Part shown: positions 41,080 to 55,162 of the stretch, one piece after another
How the letters are laid out: each line of letters starts with the position of its first letter
Numbering within the stretch: the stretch's first letter is position 1
Assembly: GCF_018350175.1 (NCBI RefSeq)
Contig: NC_058368.1
Coordinates: 157,172,001 to 157,236,000 of the forward strand
DNA: 64,000 nucleotides
Reading direction: 5' to 3'
From: Felis catus
Lineage: Eukaryota
Position numbers and translations under genes: made by a program
Notes under the pieces: generated by a model
What the model was told of the DNA's origin: nothing
The model's database searches: none
The model's input: only the letters and a program-made list of their open reading frames with translations

Positions 41080-41730
41080 TAAATGTAGTGGAAGGAGCAC
41101 AGACTTTGAGTCCCACCAGAACTGTTAAACCTCCAACTTCCCTGCCTATCATCCTTGTGACCATGGGAGAGTTACTTGACTTCTCTAAGTGTCAGTGTGC
41201 TTCTCTGAAAACTGGAATTAATAATAAACACCTGAGTGCACCCCGCTGGCTCAGTTGGTGGAGCATGTGACTCTTGATCTCATGGTCATGAGTTTGAGCC
41301 CCATGTTGGGTATAGAGATTACTAACAAACTTTTTTAAATCTTAAAAAAATAATAATAATACCTACCTCATTGGAAGATTAGGGTTTTAAATGAGTTAAT
41401 ATAAGAGATCATGTAAAAAGATTAAATAAGGGGGGGGGTGCCTGGGTGGCTCCGTCTGTTAAGCATCCAACTTTGGTCATGATCTCACTGTTCATGAGTT
41501 CTAGCCCCTGCATCGGGCTCTGCACTGAGAACTTGAAGCCTGGAGCCTGCTTCGGATTCTCTGTCTCTCTCTCTCTTTTCCTCTCCCCCTCTGTGTACAC
41601 ACATGCACATGCTCTCTATCTCAAAAATAAATAAATAAAACATTAAAAAAAATTTTTAAAAGATGCAATGAGGTAATATGAAGTATTTAACAATGCCTGG
41701 CACAGAATAAGTGTTTAATCAAGAGGAAAA
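41080..41730 (+). mobile_element. MIR split by a short tRNA-like SINEC (41235-41350) and a SINEC (41430-41660)
   Basis: MIR motifs gtgaccatgggagagttacttgacttctct and aatgcctggcacagaataag flank the two SINECs. Confidence 0.7.
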
Positions 41731-44466
41731 TTATTATTATAAAAATGGCTTAACTAGAATTATAGTTTAATATTTACATAATGCCTTCTTTTTTCTAAAG
41801 TGTGTTGCACTGCTAATTATTTGGTGCAGTTTCACAAATTTCTTTTTAAAATTCTTCTACTTTCTAGAAAGTAAGCTTAATCCAAAGTAAAATGTAACTA
41901 TTCTTATTATCCTATCCTATCCTATTGTCCTCTTGTTTTCTCAGTTTCCTCAGCCAATCCCATAATAAAAAGAATCTAAGATTGAATGCCTCATACTCCC
42001 TGTAACTATCATTCTGTATGTGACACAGTTAAAATATGATCTTAATTTTACTCCTCAGTGGGATAATAAAGACCCTGTTTCTCTTTTTCATTGCTTTATT
42101 CCCACTGCCAATATGGTGCCAGTGCATTGTAGGCACAGAATTAATTGTTGAAATGAATGAGATAGAAAGTTACATTGATCTATCTATAGCTTATTATTTG
42201 ATAAACATTGATGTTTTGTTTAAATTATGGTTTAAAACCAGTGAAAGGAAAAGAGCCACTTCACCGTTGATATTTAGGACATCAAAGATGGTTTCCAGTA
42301 AAATAATTGCTTGTAGCTAATTTTCATATCTCACCAGAGCTTAGAAAATTGAAATAACCTCTCAGGATTATTTGTGTTAGTGCTGTATGTACCCACACAG
42401 TCATTTCGCTGACAGATAGGTCAAGGTAGCTGTTAATAGCGTATCTGCAAAAGTTATATGAATTATGCTACATTATCTTTTATATTTTCCATTCCATTTT
42501 AAAAATTGGTCTCAGAAAAAAAAGTCTCTCAGTGTCAAATTTAATAGGGGTATTTACTATTTTGATAGACTGACTCTCAAAGTCAAAACTTGTTTTTATA
42601 ACTCTGCTGCCTTTCCCACTGAAATTGGCCATTTTTTAACCTACTTGTATTTTCAGGCAGCATTACAAATTTCTTTAGTTTATTACTACAATATCCCATC
42701 TTTCTTTTTTAGGCATCAAGTAATACTTTCTTCTTGTATCAGTTTAGGAACACTAGTCCAGCTATGTGTCCCTTCTGTATATAATATACTACACCATCCT
42801 GGGATCTTTAAAGGCTTCACACTTGTATCTTCCAGACAACTGTTAAACAAGTAGTGGTGGTAGTACTCATTAAGATTCTACTTACTAATTATAAGACTTT
42901 ATGCAAGTTATGCATCTCCTTAACACCCCTCACATTGTATGTATTATACCTATAATACGATTAAGTTCAAATATGCTGTAGCTTATTAGCAACTGAACCG
43001 AAACATTTGTATTTAATTCATAGGGTGTTTTGGTAATTTTTACTATCAGGTAAAACTGTTTGCCAGTATATTCTCAATATCAAACACAGTGATTCTCAAC
43101 CAAGGGCAGTTTTGACACCCCACTTTCCAAACAGAAATCAGGGTAGGGGCAGAGAGAGAGAATCCCATGCCCTGTCAGTGCAGAGCCCAGCATGGGGCTC
43201 GATCCCACAAACCATGAGATCATGATGTGAGTGAAACCGAGAGACAGATGCTTAACTAACTGAGCCACCCAGGAACCCCAGACTCTATTTTTAAATGATG
43301 GGAGTAGAGTAGTGATCAAAACACAAAAATCTCTAAACTCGTGGAACTTACATTCTAAAGGCATCACAAGCCAATTTAAGTAAGCTGCTGTCTTCTCTTT
43401 CCTAGCTAAAAGTTTAAAAGTTTAAAACCTAAAATCAAATCCTCTATTATCTTACTACTACTGAAATTTATCTACATTCTCAATTCATGTAACTTCATGT
43501 TTTTCTGAAGCCAAGTCAGAATAGGCAATTTTCACTCCTCTGAAACAAATGAAAAATAAAGTACTACTTCCAAAATGAGAGACTCGCTTTGCAAAATTCT
43601 TAAGCTTGAACCTCTTGGAAAACAGCAAAGTGAAGCAAATCATGAGCTGATGACATCACCCTTCCTGTCCCCAGTTAGGCTTTCAGATCAGAAGCACAGA
43701 CTTTCTCAATAGCATTTCAGAATAGCAACTGTAGAGCCCTCTCTCAGCCCCTTTCAATTCTGTAGCCTAGTGGTAAGCATGTGTATGTCTCATTCATATC
43801 CACTATTATTTTATAATCTAAGATCACATATATCTTTACATTGGTTTTCTCCATATCAAAGAAGTGTTTTATTCTTATAACAGAGAAAGGCATCTATTCC
43901 TTTGGTCATCTTAGAAGCCTTTGTAGAACCCACACTACCACTACCACCATCTTATTATCTTTAATGAAATTTACTATCTAGAACACCTTGCATTATTCTG
44001 GATGCATTCCCAGATTAATTTATGATAATGGAAGAGTCTTCTGATGACTAACTGGGCTGAGGCAGCCCCTAGAGCTATCTTCAGAATGCTATCTACCATA
44101 ACTCCTAGATCAGTTTGGTGAAACACTAGTGATACCTCTGAGCCTACAACTTCATTACTGTTCTTGGATTTTTTCCTATTTAATTACTAAATTTTAATGC
44201 ACTATGTATTTAGCTGCCTGTAATTAAGTTTATATCTCCTACTTTGGCCAGCGTTAGCCATTTGTGGAAATTTATCTCAATCTATTTGAGAAGAGCCTAA
44301 AGCTCTCTAATAATGTGGAGATTTAACTTTTCAATTTAACATTAGCATTAGCCAGATAGGACCTAGCTGGAGAGACTCAAAATAAGGAGGTTAAAAAAAA
44401 AAAAAAAGCCTAGATAACTAAAGTACAGGCAAAATATGTTATCTTCTGTTTAAAAGAGGAAGTGAT

Positions 44467-44690
44467 CGGGGCCCCTGGGTGGCACAGTCGGTTAAGCGTC
44501 CGACTTCAGCCAGGTCACGATCTCGCGGTCCGGGAGTTCGAGCCCCGCGTCGGGCTCTGGGCTGATGGCTGGAAGCCTGGAGCCTGTTTCCGATTCTGTG
44601 TCTCCCTCTCTCTCTCTGCCCCTCCCCCGTTCATGCTCTGTCTCTCTGTCCCAAAAATAAATAAACGTTGAAAAAAAAAGAAAAAAGAGG
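44467..44690 (+). mobile_element. Young felid-type SINEC
   Basis: CpG-intact body; perfect TSD aaaagaggaagtgatc. Confidence 0.94.
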
Positions 44691-45301
44691 AAGTGATCAC
44701 ATTCAAATGTTTTTTCAGGGGATGGGAATAAAGGCTGTAAAGTACTGTATTTAATTTATCTCTGAAATTGCAATTTATTTTACTATTGATTACAAAATTC
44801 TGTTTAGTTTAATTGGCAATACTTTTAATAGTGTATATGTGTATATAGACACACACATACACACATAAACAGTATAGTTTTAATAGCATTTTAAATTTAA
44901 TAAACTCATAGAAGTAGCACATTACTAGACTAAAATGGACAGGAGGGAGAAGCTTCTGAACAAAGCCATCCAAGTAGGAAGGTACAAACCTTTTGGAGAA
45001 CTTTGGATAAACCAGAATTCTTGCAGGGAAGCAATGAAAGGTAAGGCTTTCATATGTGAGAAAGGCTTCAGAAACAGGTTCAGGCAGCTGACAGAAAATA
45101 GCCTGCATGTTTCATCATCTGGTAAGCTAAATTTGAGAATCTCCATAAAGGTGTGGTTCTGTAAATAACAACAACAACACAACAACAACAACTATTTTGG
45201 AATGGTTCTGTTTTTTTTCTTTTCATTCTTGAACAGATTTTTTGCTTGCTGATCAAGTCCCATGATTATTTTACATGAATTTTTTTGGAGTTCATGTAAT
45301 T

Positions 45302-45527
45302 TCTTTTTTTATTATTATTATTTTTTTAATGTTTATTTATTTTTGAGAGAGAGACAGAGCACAAGCAGGGGAGGGGCAGAAAGACAGGGAGACACTCTAT
45401 CCGAAGCAGGCTCCAGGCTCTGAGCTGTCAGCACAGAGCCCGATTCAGGGCTCGAACTCATGAACCATGAGGTCATGACCTGAACCGAAGTCAGATGCTC
45501 AACTGACTGAACCATCCAGGTGCCCCT
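45302..45527 (-). mobile_element. SINEC
   Basis: TSD tcatgtaatttctt. Confidence 0.9.
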
Positions 45528-46814
45528 CATGTAATTTCTTGATTGATCTAATTTGTCATCTGTTCCAAGTTTCCTTGTGTTCCTTTAAGTATTTCCATCC
45601 TTCCAGTTGTCTTTTATATTGTCCACACTCTGTTGTAGTTAGCCATGAAAAATAGAGAATTTATTGACTATTTAGTATTATTAGTATAAAATGTGTTTAT
45701 AATAAAAACTGTAATTATGAAATTATTTAGAATATAAAGTACAGTATTATGTTAACATTTATTAAATCAGTATTTCATGTTACATATAATAAATATTAAT
45801 AAAAGTAATATTTAGTGGAAAAAAATCTATAATTTTCATCTTATTTACAAATAACTCTACAAATAGAAGATTAAGGAGCACTAGATACTTTGATTTCACC
45901 AAAAAAGTAAAATGGTTGGAATTAATAAAAGTAATCAATGAGAAAACATGCATATATTCAGCATTTAAATAACATATATTGGAAAGGAATGTTCCAACCT
46001 GAATTTGCCAGAGTTTATTCATTACACTAAAACAGACTGTTTTTTGAGCGTTTGTATATGTGAGGAAGATATATGACAGCCTTATATATAATAGTCCTTT
46101 AAGAGATGGTATGTGTATTTCTTACAAGTTTGAGAGAAGAACATTTAATGGAAAGGAATATGGATTTCTTTTTCTTTTACAGAATATGTTAGGCTGATAC
46201 CAAAATTTGCAAGGGGATTATTCATAATTGTAATGTTTTCGTTAAGGAGACTTATCTGAGATACATCTAGCTGTTTAAATCCCATCAGAAACAATAATTG
46301 TATGTGTGTGTGAGAGAGAGAGAAAAAGAGATCTCCATAGAACTCTTGAAGTCTGAGAGTTAATTATCTTAGGTAGCTGCAGGTTAGTCTAACCTCTCCA
46401 AATTCATCTTGAAGGAAAACAGTCATGTAATCAATTGTAGTGTGTCATATTTTTTCACATGTGATTGCTATGTTAATTAATCCTGTGCTACCTGCAAATG
46501 GACTGTATCCAGTGCTGCAGCATAATTTGGCATATTGGCACAGAAAACCTGCAAAGCAATGGCACACATGTACATTTCTGCAAAAATTTGTTGGTATTGT
46601 GTTAGGGTTTTCTTTTTCCATGCATACTGGAGGATATTTTATTGTTAAAAAGAATTAACCAAACTGCTAATTGGATACTGCATTTAGCCGTCACCTTGTT
46701 TCTGGAACTGAACCAAGGTAGTCCATTGATGGGCTACTGAAGATACTATTTTGATTATCCTGTCTGAAAACTGAGAAGTTTTTGCATAAAAGAATTCTTA
46801 GACTGGTATGTAGA

Positions 46815-46978
46815 ACAACACATCTCAAACTTTAATATGCATACAAATCACCTGGGCATCATGTTAAATATCCTTTTTGATTCATTGAGTCTGGGAGGGA
46901 CATGAAATTCTGCATCTGTATCAAGCTCCCAGGTGATGCCGATGCTGTTGGTCCATAGACCACTTTGGAGTAGTGAGG
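46815..46978. mobile_element. MER5-like hAT fossil
   Basis: tctcaaacttt...aatcacctggg...aagctcccaggtgatgccgatgctgttggtcc...ccacttt. Confidence 0.75.
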
Positions 46979-47289
46979 ATATAAAGAACTGGACCTCAGG
47001 TAGAGGATGGACAAGTTATAACATATTGTGAATGCCTTTATCAGAAACATGATAATTTTGTGTCCCTTTGTCCACTCATGTGAGATTGAATGTGAAAAAA
47101 GCAAATAACATCTTACTGTTATGGCAGTAGTTTTGACCTCGTGAACCTCCCCCCCCCCCCCCCCGACAGCCCTTCAGGGTCTCTGGGATCTGCTAGGTCT
47201 CTGCAGGGTCTCTGGGATCAGCTGTAAATACCCTGTGGAAGAGATCCAGAACCATCTTGTTAAAAGTGCATACCCCAACCACTACTTTT

Positions 47290-47923
47290 AAGAGCAAGAG
47301 ACATAGCTGACTTTCCTAACAAAGAGAAACAGACAGAGAGTTAGGCAAAATGAGGAGAAGAGGAATATGTGCCAAATGAAAGAACAGGACAATAATCACA
47401 GCAAGAGAAACAAGAAACCTAAGTGAAACAGAGCTAAGTATTACACCTGATGGGGAATTTAAGGTAATGATCATAAAGATACTCACTGGACTTGAGAAAA
47501 GAGTAGAGGACATCAGTGAGACCATTAAAAAATTCAAAATGATAAAAAAAAAATAACAAATCATGGGGCACCTGGGTGGCTCAGTCACTTGAGCATCCAA
47601 CTTCGACTTATGTCATCATCTCACGGTTTGAGTTCAAGCCCTGTGTCAAGTTTGCTGCTGTCAATGCAGAGCCACTTTGGATCTTCTGTCTCCCTCTCTG
47701 TCCCTCCCTGACTCATGTGCACATGTGCACTTACATGCTCTCTATCTCAAACATAAAAAAAAAAATCAGAAATAACAAAATAATTCCAATTAAAAATACA
47801 CTAGATGGGGACTCCTGGGTGGGTGTCGGTTGGGTGTCCCACTTTGGCTCAGGTCATGATCTAGCAGTTTGAGCCCCATGTTGGGCTCTGTGCTGACAGC
47901 TCAGAGCCTGGAGTCTGCTTCAG

Positions 47924-47969
<46 letters not shown>

Positions 47970-48160
47970 CCTCCCTGCTCATGCTCTCTCTCTCTCTCAA
48001 AAATAAATAAAAATTTAAAAAAAATTAAAATACACTAGAGGGGGCACCTGGGTGGCTCAGTCGGTTAAGTGTCTGACTTTGGCTCAAGTCATGATCTCAT
48101 GGTTTGTGAGATCAAGCCCCATGCCAGGCTCTGCACTGACAGCACAGAGCCTGCTTGGGA

Positions 48161-48219
<59 letters not shown>

Positions 48220-51200
48220 CTTCTTTTGCACACACACTCTCTCAAAATAAATAAGTTAACTTAAAAAAATTTTAATACACTAGATGGAATAAATAGCAGG
48301 CTAGAAGAAGCAGAAGAACAAGTCAGCAACCTGGAGGACAGAGTAATGGAAAGTAATCAAGCTGAGCAGATGACAGAAAAAAAAACTTATGCAAAATTAG
48401 AATAGACTTCGGGAACTCAGTGGCTCACTCAAGCATAATAATATTTGGATTATAGGGACCCAGAAAAGAATAGAGGAAAGGGGGAAGAAAATCTATTTGA
48501 AGAAATAATAGGTGAAACTTCCCAGGAAGTAAGTTCAGATCCAGGAGGCCCAGACATTCCCCTCCAAAAATCAACACCAAGACATACACTAATTAAAATG
48601 GCAAAAAGCAGTGATAAAGAAGTAATTTTACAAGTAGCAAAAGAAAACAGTTACATCCAAGGGAAAACCCATAAGGCTCTTAGTGGATTTTTCCACAGAA
48701 ACTTTGCAGAAGGGAGTGGCAAGATACATTTAAAGTGCTGAAAGGAAAAAATCTGCAGCCAAGAATCCTCTATTCAGCAAGGCTATCATTCAGAATAGAT
48801 GGAGACATAAAGAGTTTCCCAGACAAAAATTAAAGGAGTTCATTAGAGCACCTGGCTGACACCATCAGTTAAGTGCCGACTCCTGATTTTTGACTCAGGT
48901 AATGATCTCAGGGCCATGGGATGGAGCCCCACATTGGGATCCTCACTGAGCATGAAGCCTGCTTAAGATTCTTTCTCTCTCTATCTCTCTCTCTTCCCCC
49001 TATCTCTTTCTTCTCTCAAATTAAAAAATTAAAGGAGTTCATGACTAACCTAGCCCTACAAGAAATATTAAAGAGGACTCTGAGTGGAGAGACCATGAAT
49101 AGGAATATGAAAAGTGAGAAACACAGAGGTAGTAAAAATAAGTTTATATGAAAAAATCAGCCAAGGGACTCACAAAAGGAAATAAAGTATGACACTGTAT
49201 ACCTAAAATGTGGGAAGGAGAGGAGTAAAGAATGGGTTCAAACTTGAGCAACCATCAACTTAAGATAGACTGCTCTATGCAGAAGATGTTACATACAGAC
49301 CTAATAGAAACCACCAACAAAATGTAATAGAAATGTAAAGAATAAAGAGAAAGGAATCCAAATATATCACTAAAGAAAAGCCAACTTATGGTGACAAAAG
49401 AAAGCAAGGAAGAAAAGAACAGAGAAGATCCACAAACACAACACAAATAACAAAATGGCAATAAATATAATAAATACAAAATAAATATATACATATCTAA
49501 CAATAATTACTTTGAATGTAAATGGACTAAATGCTCCAATCAAAAGACACAGGATGGTGGACCATCTAAATGCTGCTTATAAGAGACACACTTCATACCT
49601 AAAGACACTTGCAGCCTGAAAGTGAGGAGATGCAAAAACATTTATCATGCAAACAGGTGTCAAAAGAAAACCAGGGTTTCAGTACTTAGACAAAATTGAC
49701 TTAAAACCAAGAATGTAATAAGAGACAAAGGACACTATGTAATCATCACAGAGACAATCCAAAAAGAAGATATAATAATTGTAAATATTTATGGACCCAA
49801 CATGAAAGCACCCAAATACATAAAACAGTTAATAATAAGTACAAATGAACTAATCAATAATACAATAATAGTATGGGACTTTAACACTCCACTTATATCA
49901 ATGGACACATCATCTAAACAGATAATCAAAAAGGAAACAGTGGCTTTGAATGACAAACCAGATGGATTTAATAGACATATTGATAGATATAGATATGGAT
50001 ATATTCAGAACATTCCATCCTAAAAGAGCAGACTACACATTCTTTTCAAGTGTACATGGAACATTCTCCAGAATAGATCACATATTAGGTCACAAAATAA
50101 GTCTTGACAATTTCCAACTTTTTTTTTTATTTATTTTTGGGACAGAGAGAGACAGAGCATGAACGGGGGAGGGGCAGAGAGAGAGGGAGACACAGAATCA
50201 GAAACAGGCTCCAGGCTCTGAGCCATCAGCCCAGAGCCCGACGCGGGGCTCGAACCCACGGACCGCGAGATCGTGACCTGGCTGAAGTCGGATGCTTAAC
50301 CGACTGCGCCACCCAGGCGCCCCAAGTCTTGACAATTTCAAAAAGACTGAAGTCATACCACGTATCTTTTCTTATCACAACACAATGAAATTAGAAATCA
50401 ACTATAAGAGGGTTGCCTGGGTGGCTTAGTCGGTTAAGCATCTGACTTTGGTTCAGGTCACAAGATTCAGGTCAGCAGATTTTTTCCTTCCTGCAGTTTG
50501 TGGGTTCAAGCCCTGTATTGGCTCTGTTTTGATAGCCTGGAGCCTGCTTCGGATTCTGTATCTCCCTGTCTCTCTTCCCCTCCCCCGCTCACTCTCTCTC
50601 AAAAATAAACAAACATTAAAAATAATTTTTTAAAAACACCAGAAAAAATCTGGAAAGAACACAAATACATTGAGGTTAAATAACATGGGTCAATGAATGG
50701 GTCAACTAAGAAATCAAAGGGGAAATAAAAATACATGGAGACAAATGAAAATGAAAACACAAGAGTCCAAAATTTTTGTGATGTGGAAAAAATGGTTCTA
50801 AGAGAGAATTTTATAGCACTACAGGCCCACAAAAAGAAGAAAAGTTTCAAATAAACAACTTGACCTTACACTTAAAGGAGCTAGTAAAAGAAAAAGAAAA
50901 CCCAAAAGCAGCAGAAGGAAGGAACTAATAAAGATTAGAACAGAAATAAATGATATAGAAACTAAAAAAACAATAGAATAGATCAATGAAACCAGGAGCT
51001 GACCCTTTGATAACATCAACAAAATTGACAAACCTCTAGCCACACTCATCAAAAAAGAAAAGAGAGAGAGAAGGAGAGGACTCAAATAAACAAAATCAGA
51101 AACAAAAGATGAGAATTAACAACCAACATCACAGAAATACAAAGGACTATCAGAGAATATTTTGAAAAATTACATCCAAAAAACTGGGCAACCTAGAAGA

Positions 51201-53918
51201 AATGGATAAATTTCTAGAAACATACACTAAAACTGAAACCAGAGGAAATAGAAAATTTGAACAAACCAATTACCAGCAATGAAATTGAATCAAAAAAACA
51301 AAAAACAAAAAACAAAAAAAAAACCCAAAAACCTCCCAACGAACAAAAGTCTAGGACCAGACATCTTCATAGGTGAATTCTACTGAACATTTAAAGAGTT
51401 AATACCAATTCTCAAACTGTTTTCCAACAATAAGAAGTGGAAGTAAAATTTCCAAATTAATTCTATGAGGCCAGCATTACCCTGATAACCAAAACCATAT
51501 AAAGACACAACAACAACAACAAACTACAGGCCAATATCTCTGATTAATATAGATGTAAAAATCCTCAACAAAAAAATTAGCAAACCGAATCCAACAATAC
51601 ATTTTAAAAAATAATTCATCACAATCAACTGAGATTTATTCATGGAATGTAAGGATGGTTCAATATTTGCAAATCAGTCAACATGATACATCACACCAAT
51701 AGGAGAAAGGACAAAAACCACGTGATCATTTTTAGTAGATGCAGAAAAAGCACATAACAAAGTATGGCATCCATTCATTATTTTAAAAACCTTCAACAAA
51801 GTAGATTTGAAGGGAACACACTTCAACATAATAAATGCCTTATGTGAAAAACCCACAGCAAACATCATACTTAATGGTGAAAAACTAAGAGTTTTTCCTT
51901 TATGGTCAGGAACAAGACAGGGATATCCACTCTCACCATTGTTACTTAACTTAGTACTGGAAGTTCTAGCCCCAGCAGCCAGAAAAAAAAGAAAGGAATA
52001 AAAGGCATCCAAATTGGTAAAGAAGAAGAAAAATTTTCACTATTTGCAGATGACATGGTACTATATATAGAAAACTCCAAAGACTCCACCAAAAAACTAC
52101 TAGAACTGATAAATGAATTCAGTAAGGTTGCAGGGTACAAAATCACTGTACAGAAATCCATTGCATTTCTATACACTAATAATGAAGCAGGAAAAAGAAA
52201 AATTAAGAAAACAATCCCATTTACAGTTGTACCAAAAATAATAAAATTCCTAGGAATAAATGTAACTGAAGAGATGAAAGACCTATATTCTGAAAACTAT
52301 AAAACACTGATGAAAGAAATTGAAGGTGACAATGGTGAAAGAAATGGGATGACATTCCATGCTCATGGATTGGAACCACAGATATTATTAAAATATCTAT
52401 ACTACCCAAAGCAGTATACAGATTTAATACAATCCCTATCAAAATACCAACAGCATTTTTCACAGAGCTAGAACTATCAAAAAATTTGTATGGAACCACA
52501 AAAGACCCTGAATAGCCAAAGCAATCTTGGAAAAGAAAAACAAAACTGGAGGTATCATAATTGCAGACTTAGGTTACATTACAAAGCTGTAGTAATCAAA
52601 ATAATATGGTACTGGCACAAAAATAGACACATAGATCAACAGAATAGAAAGCCCAGAAATAGACCCACAATCTTTGATAAAGGATGCAAGAATATGCAAT
52701 AAGAAAAAGGCAGTCTCTTTGACAAATGGTGCTGGGAAAAATGGACAGCTACATGCACAAGAATAATACTGGACCAATTTGTTACATCATACACAAAAAT
52801 AAACCCAAAATGGATCAAAGATCTAAATGTGAGACCTGAAACCATAAAAATCCTAGAAGACCGCACAGGCAATAATATCTCTGCATTGGCCATAAGAACA
52901 TCTTTCTAGATATGTCTCCTGAGACAAGAGAAACAAAAGCAAAAATAAACTATTGGTACTGCATCAAAATAAACAGCTTCTCACAGCAAAAGAACAACCA
53001 ACAAAAACAACCTACTCAATGGGAGAAGATATTTGCAAATGACATATCCAAAATCTGTGGATTAGTATCCATTTCTAGTATCCATTTCTCCAAAGAAGAC
53101 CAAAAAGATGGCCAAACAGACGCATGAAAAGATGCTCATCATCACTCATCATCAGGGAAACGCAAATCAAAACCATAATGAGATATCACCTTACACCTGT
53201 CAGAATGGCTGAAATCAAAACACAAGAAACAAGTGTTGGTGAGGATGTGGAGAAATAGGAAACCTGGTGCACTGTGGATAGGAATGCAAACTGGTGGAGC
53301 CTCTGAGGAAGACAGTGTAGAGGTTCAAAAAGTTAAAAATGGAACCACCATATGATTTAGTAATCACACTACTGAGTATTTACCCAAAAACCAAAAAGCT
53401 AATTCAAAGGGAAACATGTACTCCTATGTTTATTGAAGCTTTACAATAGTGAAATTATGGAAACAACCTAAGTGTCCATTGATAGATGAATGGATAAAAA
53501 GGAAGTGGTATATATATACAATGGAATATTATTCAGCCACAGAAAGGAATGAAATCTTGCCATTTGCAACAACATGGATGGAGCTAGAGAGTATAATGCT
53601 AAGCAAGATAAGCCCATCAGAAAAAGACAAATAGCCTATGATTTCACCCATAAGTGGAATTTAAGAAACAAATCAACAAAGGGAAAAAAAAGAGAGAGAG
53701 AGAAAGAAACAAAAAAGCAGACTGTTAACTATAGAGAACAAGCACACAGTTACCAGACGGGAGGTGGGTAGGGAGATGGGTGAAATGGGTGAAGGGGATT
53801 AAAGAGTACACTGATCTTGATGAGCACTGAGTTATATATGGAAATGTTGAATCACTATATTATACACCTGAAACAAAACTGTATGTTAACTACACTGGAA
53901 CAAAAATAAAAATAAAAT
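47290..53918 (+). mobile_element. Long degenerate carnivore L1 (ORF1, ORF2, 3'UTR; 5'UTR apparently missing), sense in ARSK intron 3, interrupted by 6 SINECs
   Basis: ORF1-like ENLFEEII...STPRHTLIKM; endonuclease DFNTPL and [33 protein letters not shown] and [36 protein letters not shown]-terminal WKQPKCP..DEWI; many stops and frameshifts; A-rich tail. Confidence 0.96.
50117..50323 (-). mobile_element. Young felid-type SINEC inserted in the L1 endonuclease region
   Basis: TSD aagtcttgacaatttc. Confidence 0.93.
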
Positions 53919-54034
53919 CGTCTCTTCTTCTGACAGAAAAAAAGACAAAATGCTAGAAAATTTAGGAGAGATATTAGGAACTTGAAACATTTTTTATTTT
54001 ACTAAATATCTTATATGAAAAAGTAACCCTTCTA

Positions 54035-54620
54035 TAAGTGAATGTTATCCCCTGGAGCAATAAGGTTATCCTGGTTAAGGTCAGAGGTGAAACAACTGGG
54101 CTGACGATGGGCTTTGGAGACGTTGGGGCTGGGGTTGAAAATGAGGAGTTACTTCAAATAAAGCAAAAATTTCTTGGGAGCTGATGGAAATGTTCTAAAA
54201 TTATTGTTGCGTGCCTGGCTGGCTAAGTCAGTACAGCATGTGACTCTTGATCTAGGGTTGTGAATTCAAGTCCCACACTTGGCATAGAAATTACTTTAAA
54301 AAATTGGATTGTTGTGAGGCACCTGGGTGGCTCAGTCGGTTAAGCATCAACTTTAGCTCAGGTCTTGGTATTACGGGTTCGTGAGTTCAAGCCCTGCATC
54401 AGGCTCTGTGCTGACAGCTCAAAGACTGGAGCCTGCTTTGCATTCTGTGTCTCTTTCTGTCTCTCTGCCCATTCCCCACTCATGCTCTGTCTCTCTCTGC
54501 CTCAAAAATAAATAAACACTAAAAAAAAAAAAAAAAAAAAAAATTGAATTGTTGTGATGGTTGCATAACTTTGCAAATCTACTAAAAGTCAATTATACAC
54601 TTAAAATGAAAAAAAAAAAA
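54035..54620 (+). mobile_element. Retroposed segment resembling an old L1M 3' fragment, containing two SINECs (54210-54300 and 54318-54543)
   Basis: gatggaaatgttctaaaatt...gtgatggttgcataact...tacacttaaaatg followed by poly(A); 18-bp TSD. Confidence 0.75.
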
Positions 54621-54879
54621 GAAAAAGTAACCCTTCTAAATAATCTCTTAGTTTAAAGAACACATGGGTGAATATTTGCGTTTTGTCATTTTTTTTCCTG
54701 GTTTTTGTATTTGCAAGCCTCAGTAACCCTCTTAATGAGATCTAGTGTAGTGAGCCTGATTCTTTACACGACTGAGTCTAAAAATTGTTTTCCATATTGA
54801 TTTCTTAGATTTATGTTTAGTCAGTTTTTTAAAATCTTTTTTAGTACCTTCTAACACACCTGTCTTTTGACCTCCTCAG

Positions 54880-55162
54880 CAATCGCGTTGAAGCATGGAC
54901 AAGAGATGTTGCTTTCTTACTCAGACAAGAAGGCAGGCCTATGGTTAATCTTATCCCTAAAAAGACTAAAGTCAGAATAATGGAAGAAGACTGGAAGAAT
55001 ACAGACAGAGCAGTAAATTGGTTAAGAAAGGAAGCAAGTAATTACACTCAACCATTTGTTCTGTACTTGGGATTGAATTTACCACATCCATATCCTTCAC
55101 CATCGTCAGGAGAAAATTTTGGATCTTCAACATTTCACACATCTCTTTACTGGCTTAAAAAG
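54880..55162 (+). CDS. ARSK: ARSK coding exon 4: (S)NRVEAWTRDVAFLLRQEGRPMVNLIPKK...LYLGLNLPHPYPSPSSGENFGSSTFHTSLYWLKK
   Basis: 283 nt; cctcag acceptor; AAG|GTAAGT donor; sulfatase PF.LY....PH.P motif. Confidence 0.97.

Noticed and set aside
41235..41350. tRNA-Lys-like sequences here and at 54210 and 57025
   Set aside because: They have A-tails and degenerate stems, so they are short tRNA-derived SINEC elements and not tRNA genes
47149..47164. C16 run here and a G run at 60492-60508 as possible G-quadruplex elements
   Set aside because: Simple homopolymers in introns, error-prone in assembly, with no supporting context
51807..52702. Reverse transcriptase ORFs as a possible active or domesticated RT system
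   Set aside because: Ordinary L1 ORF2 broken by multiple stops, frameshifts and SINE insertions
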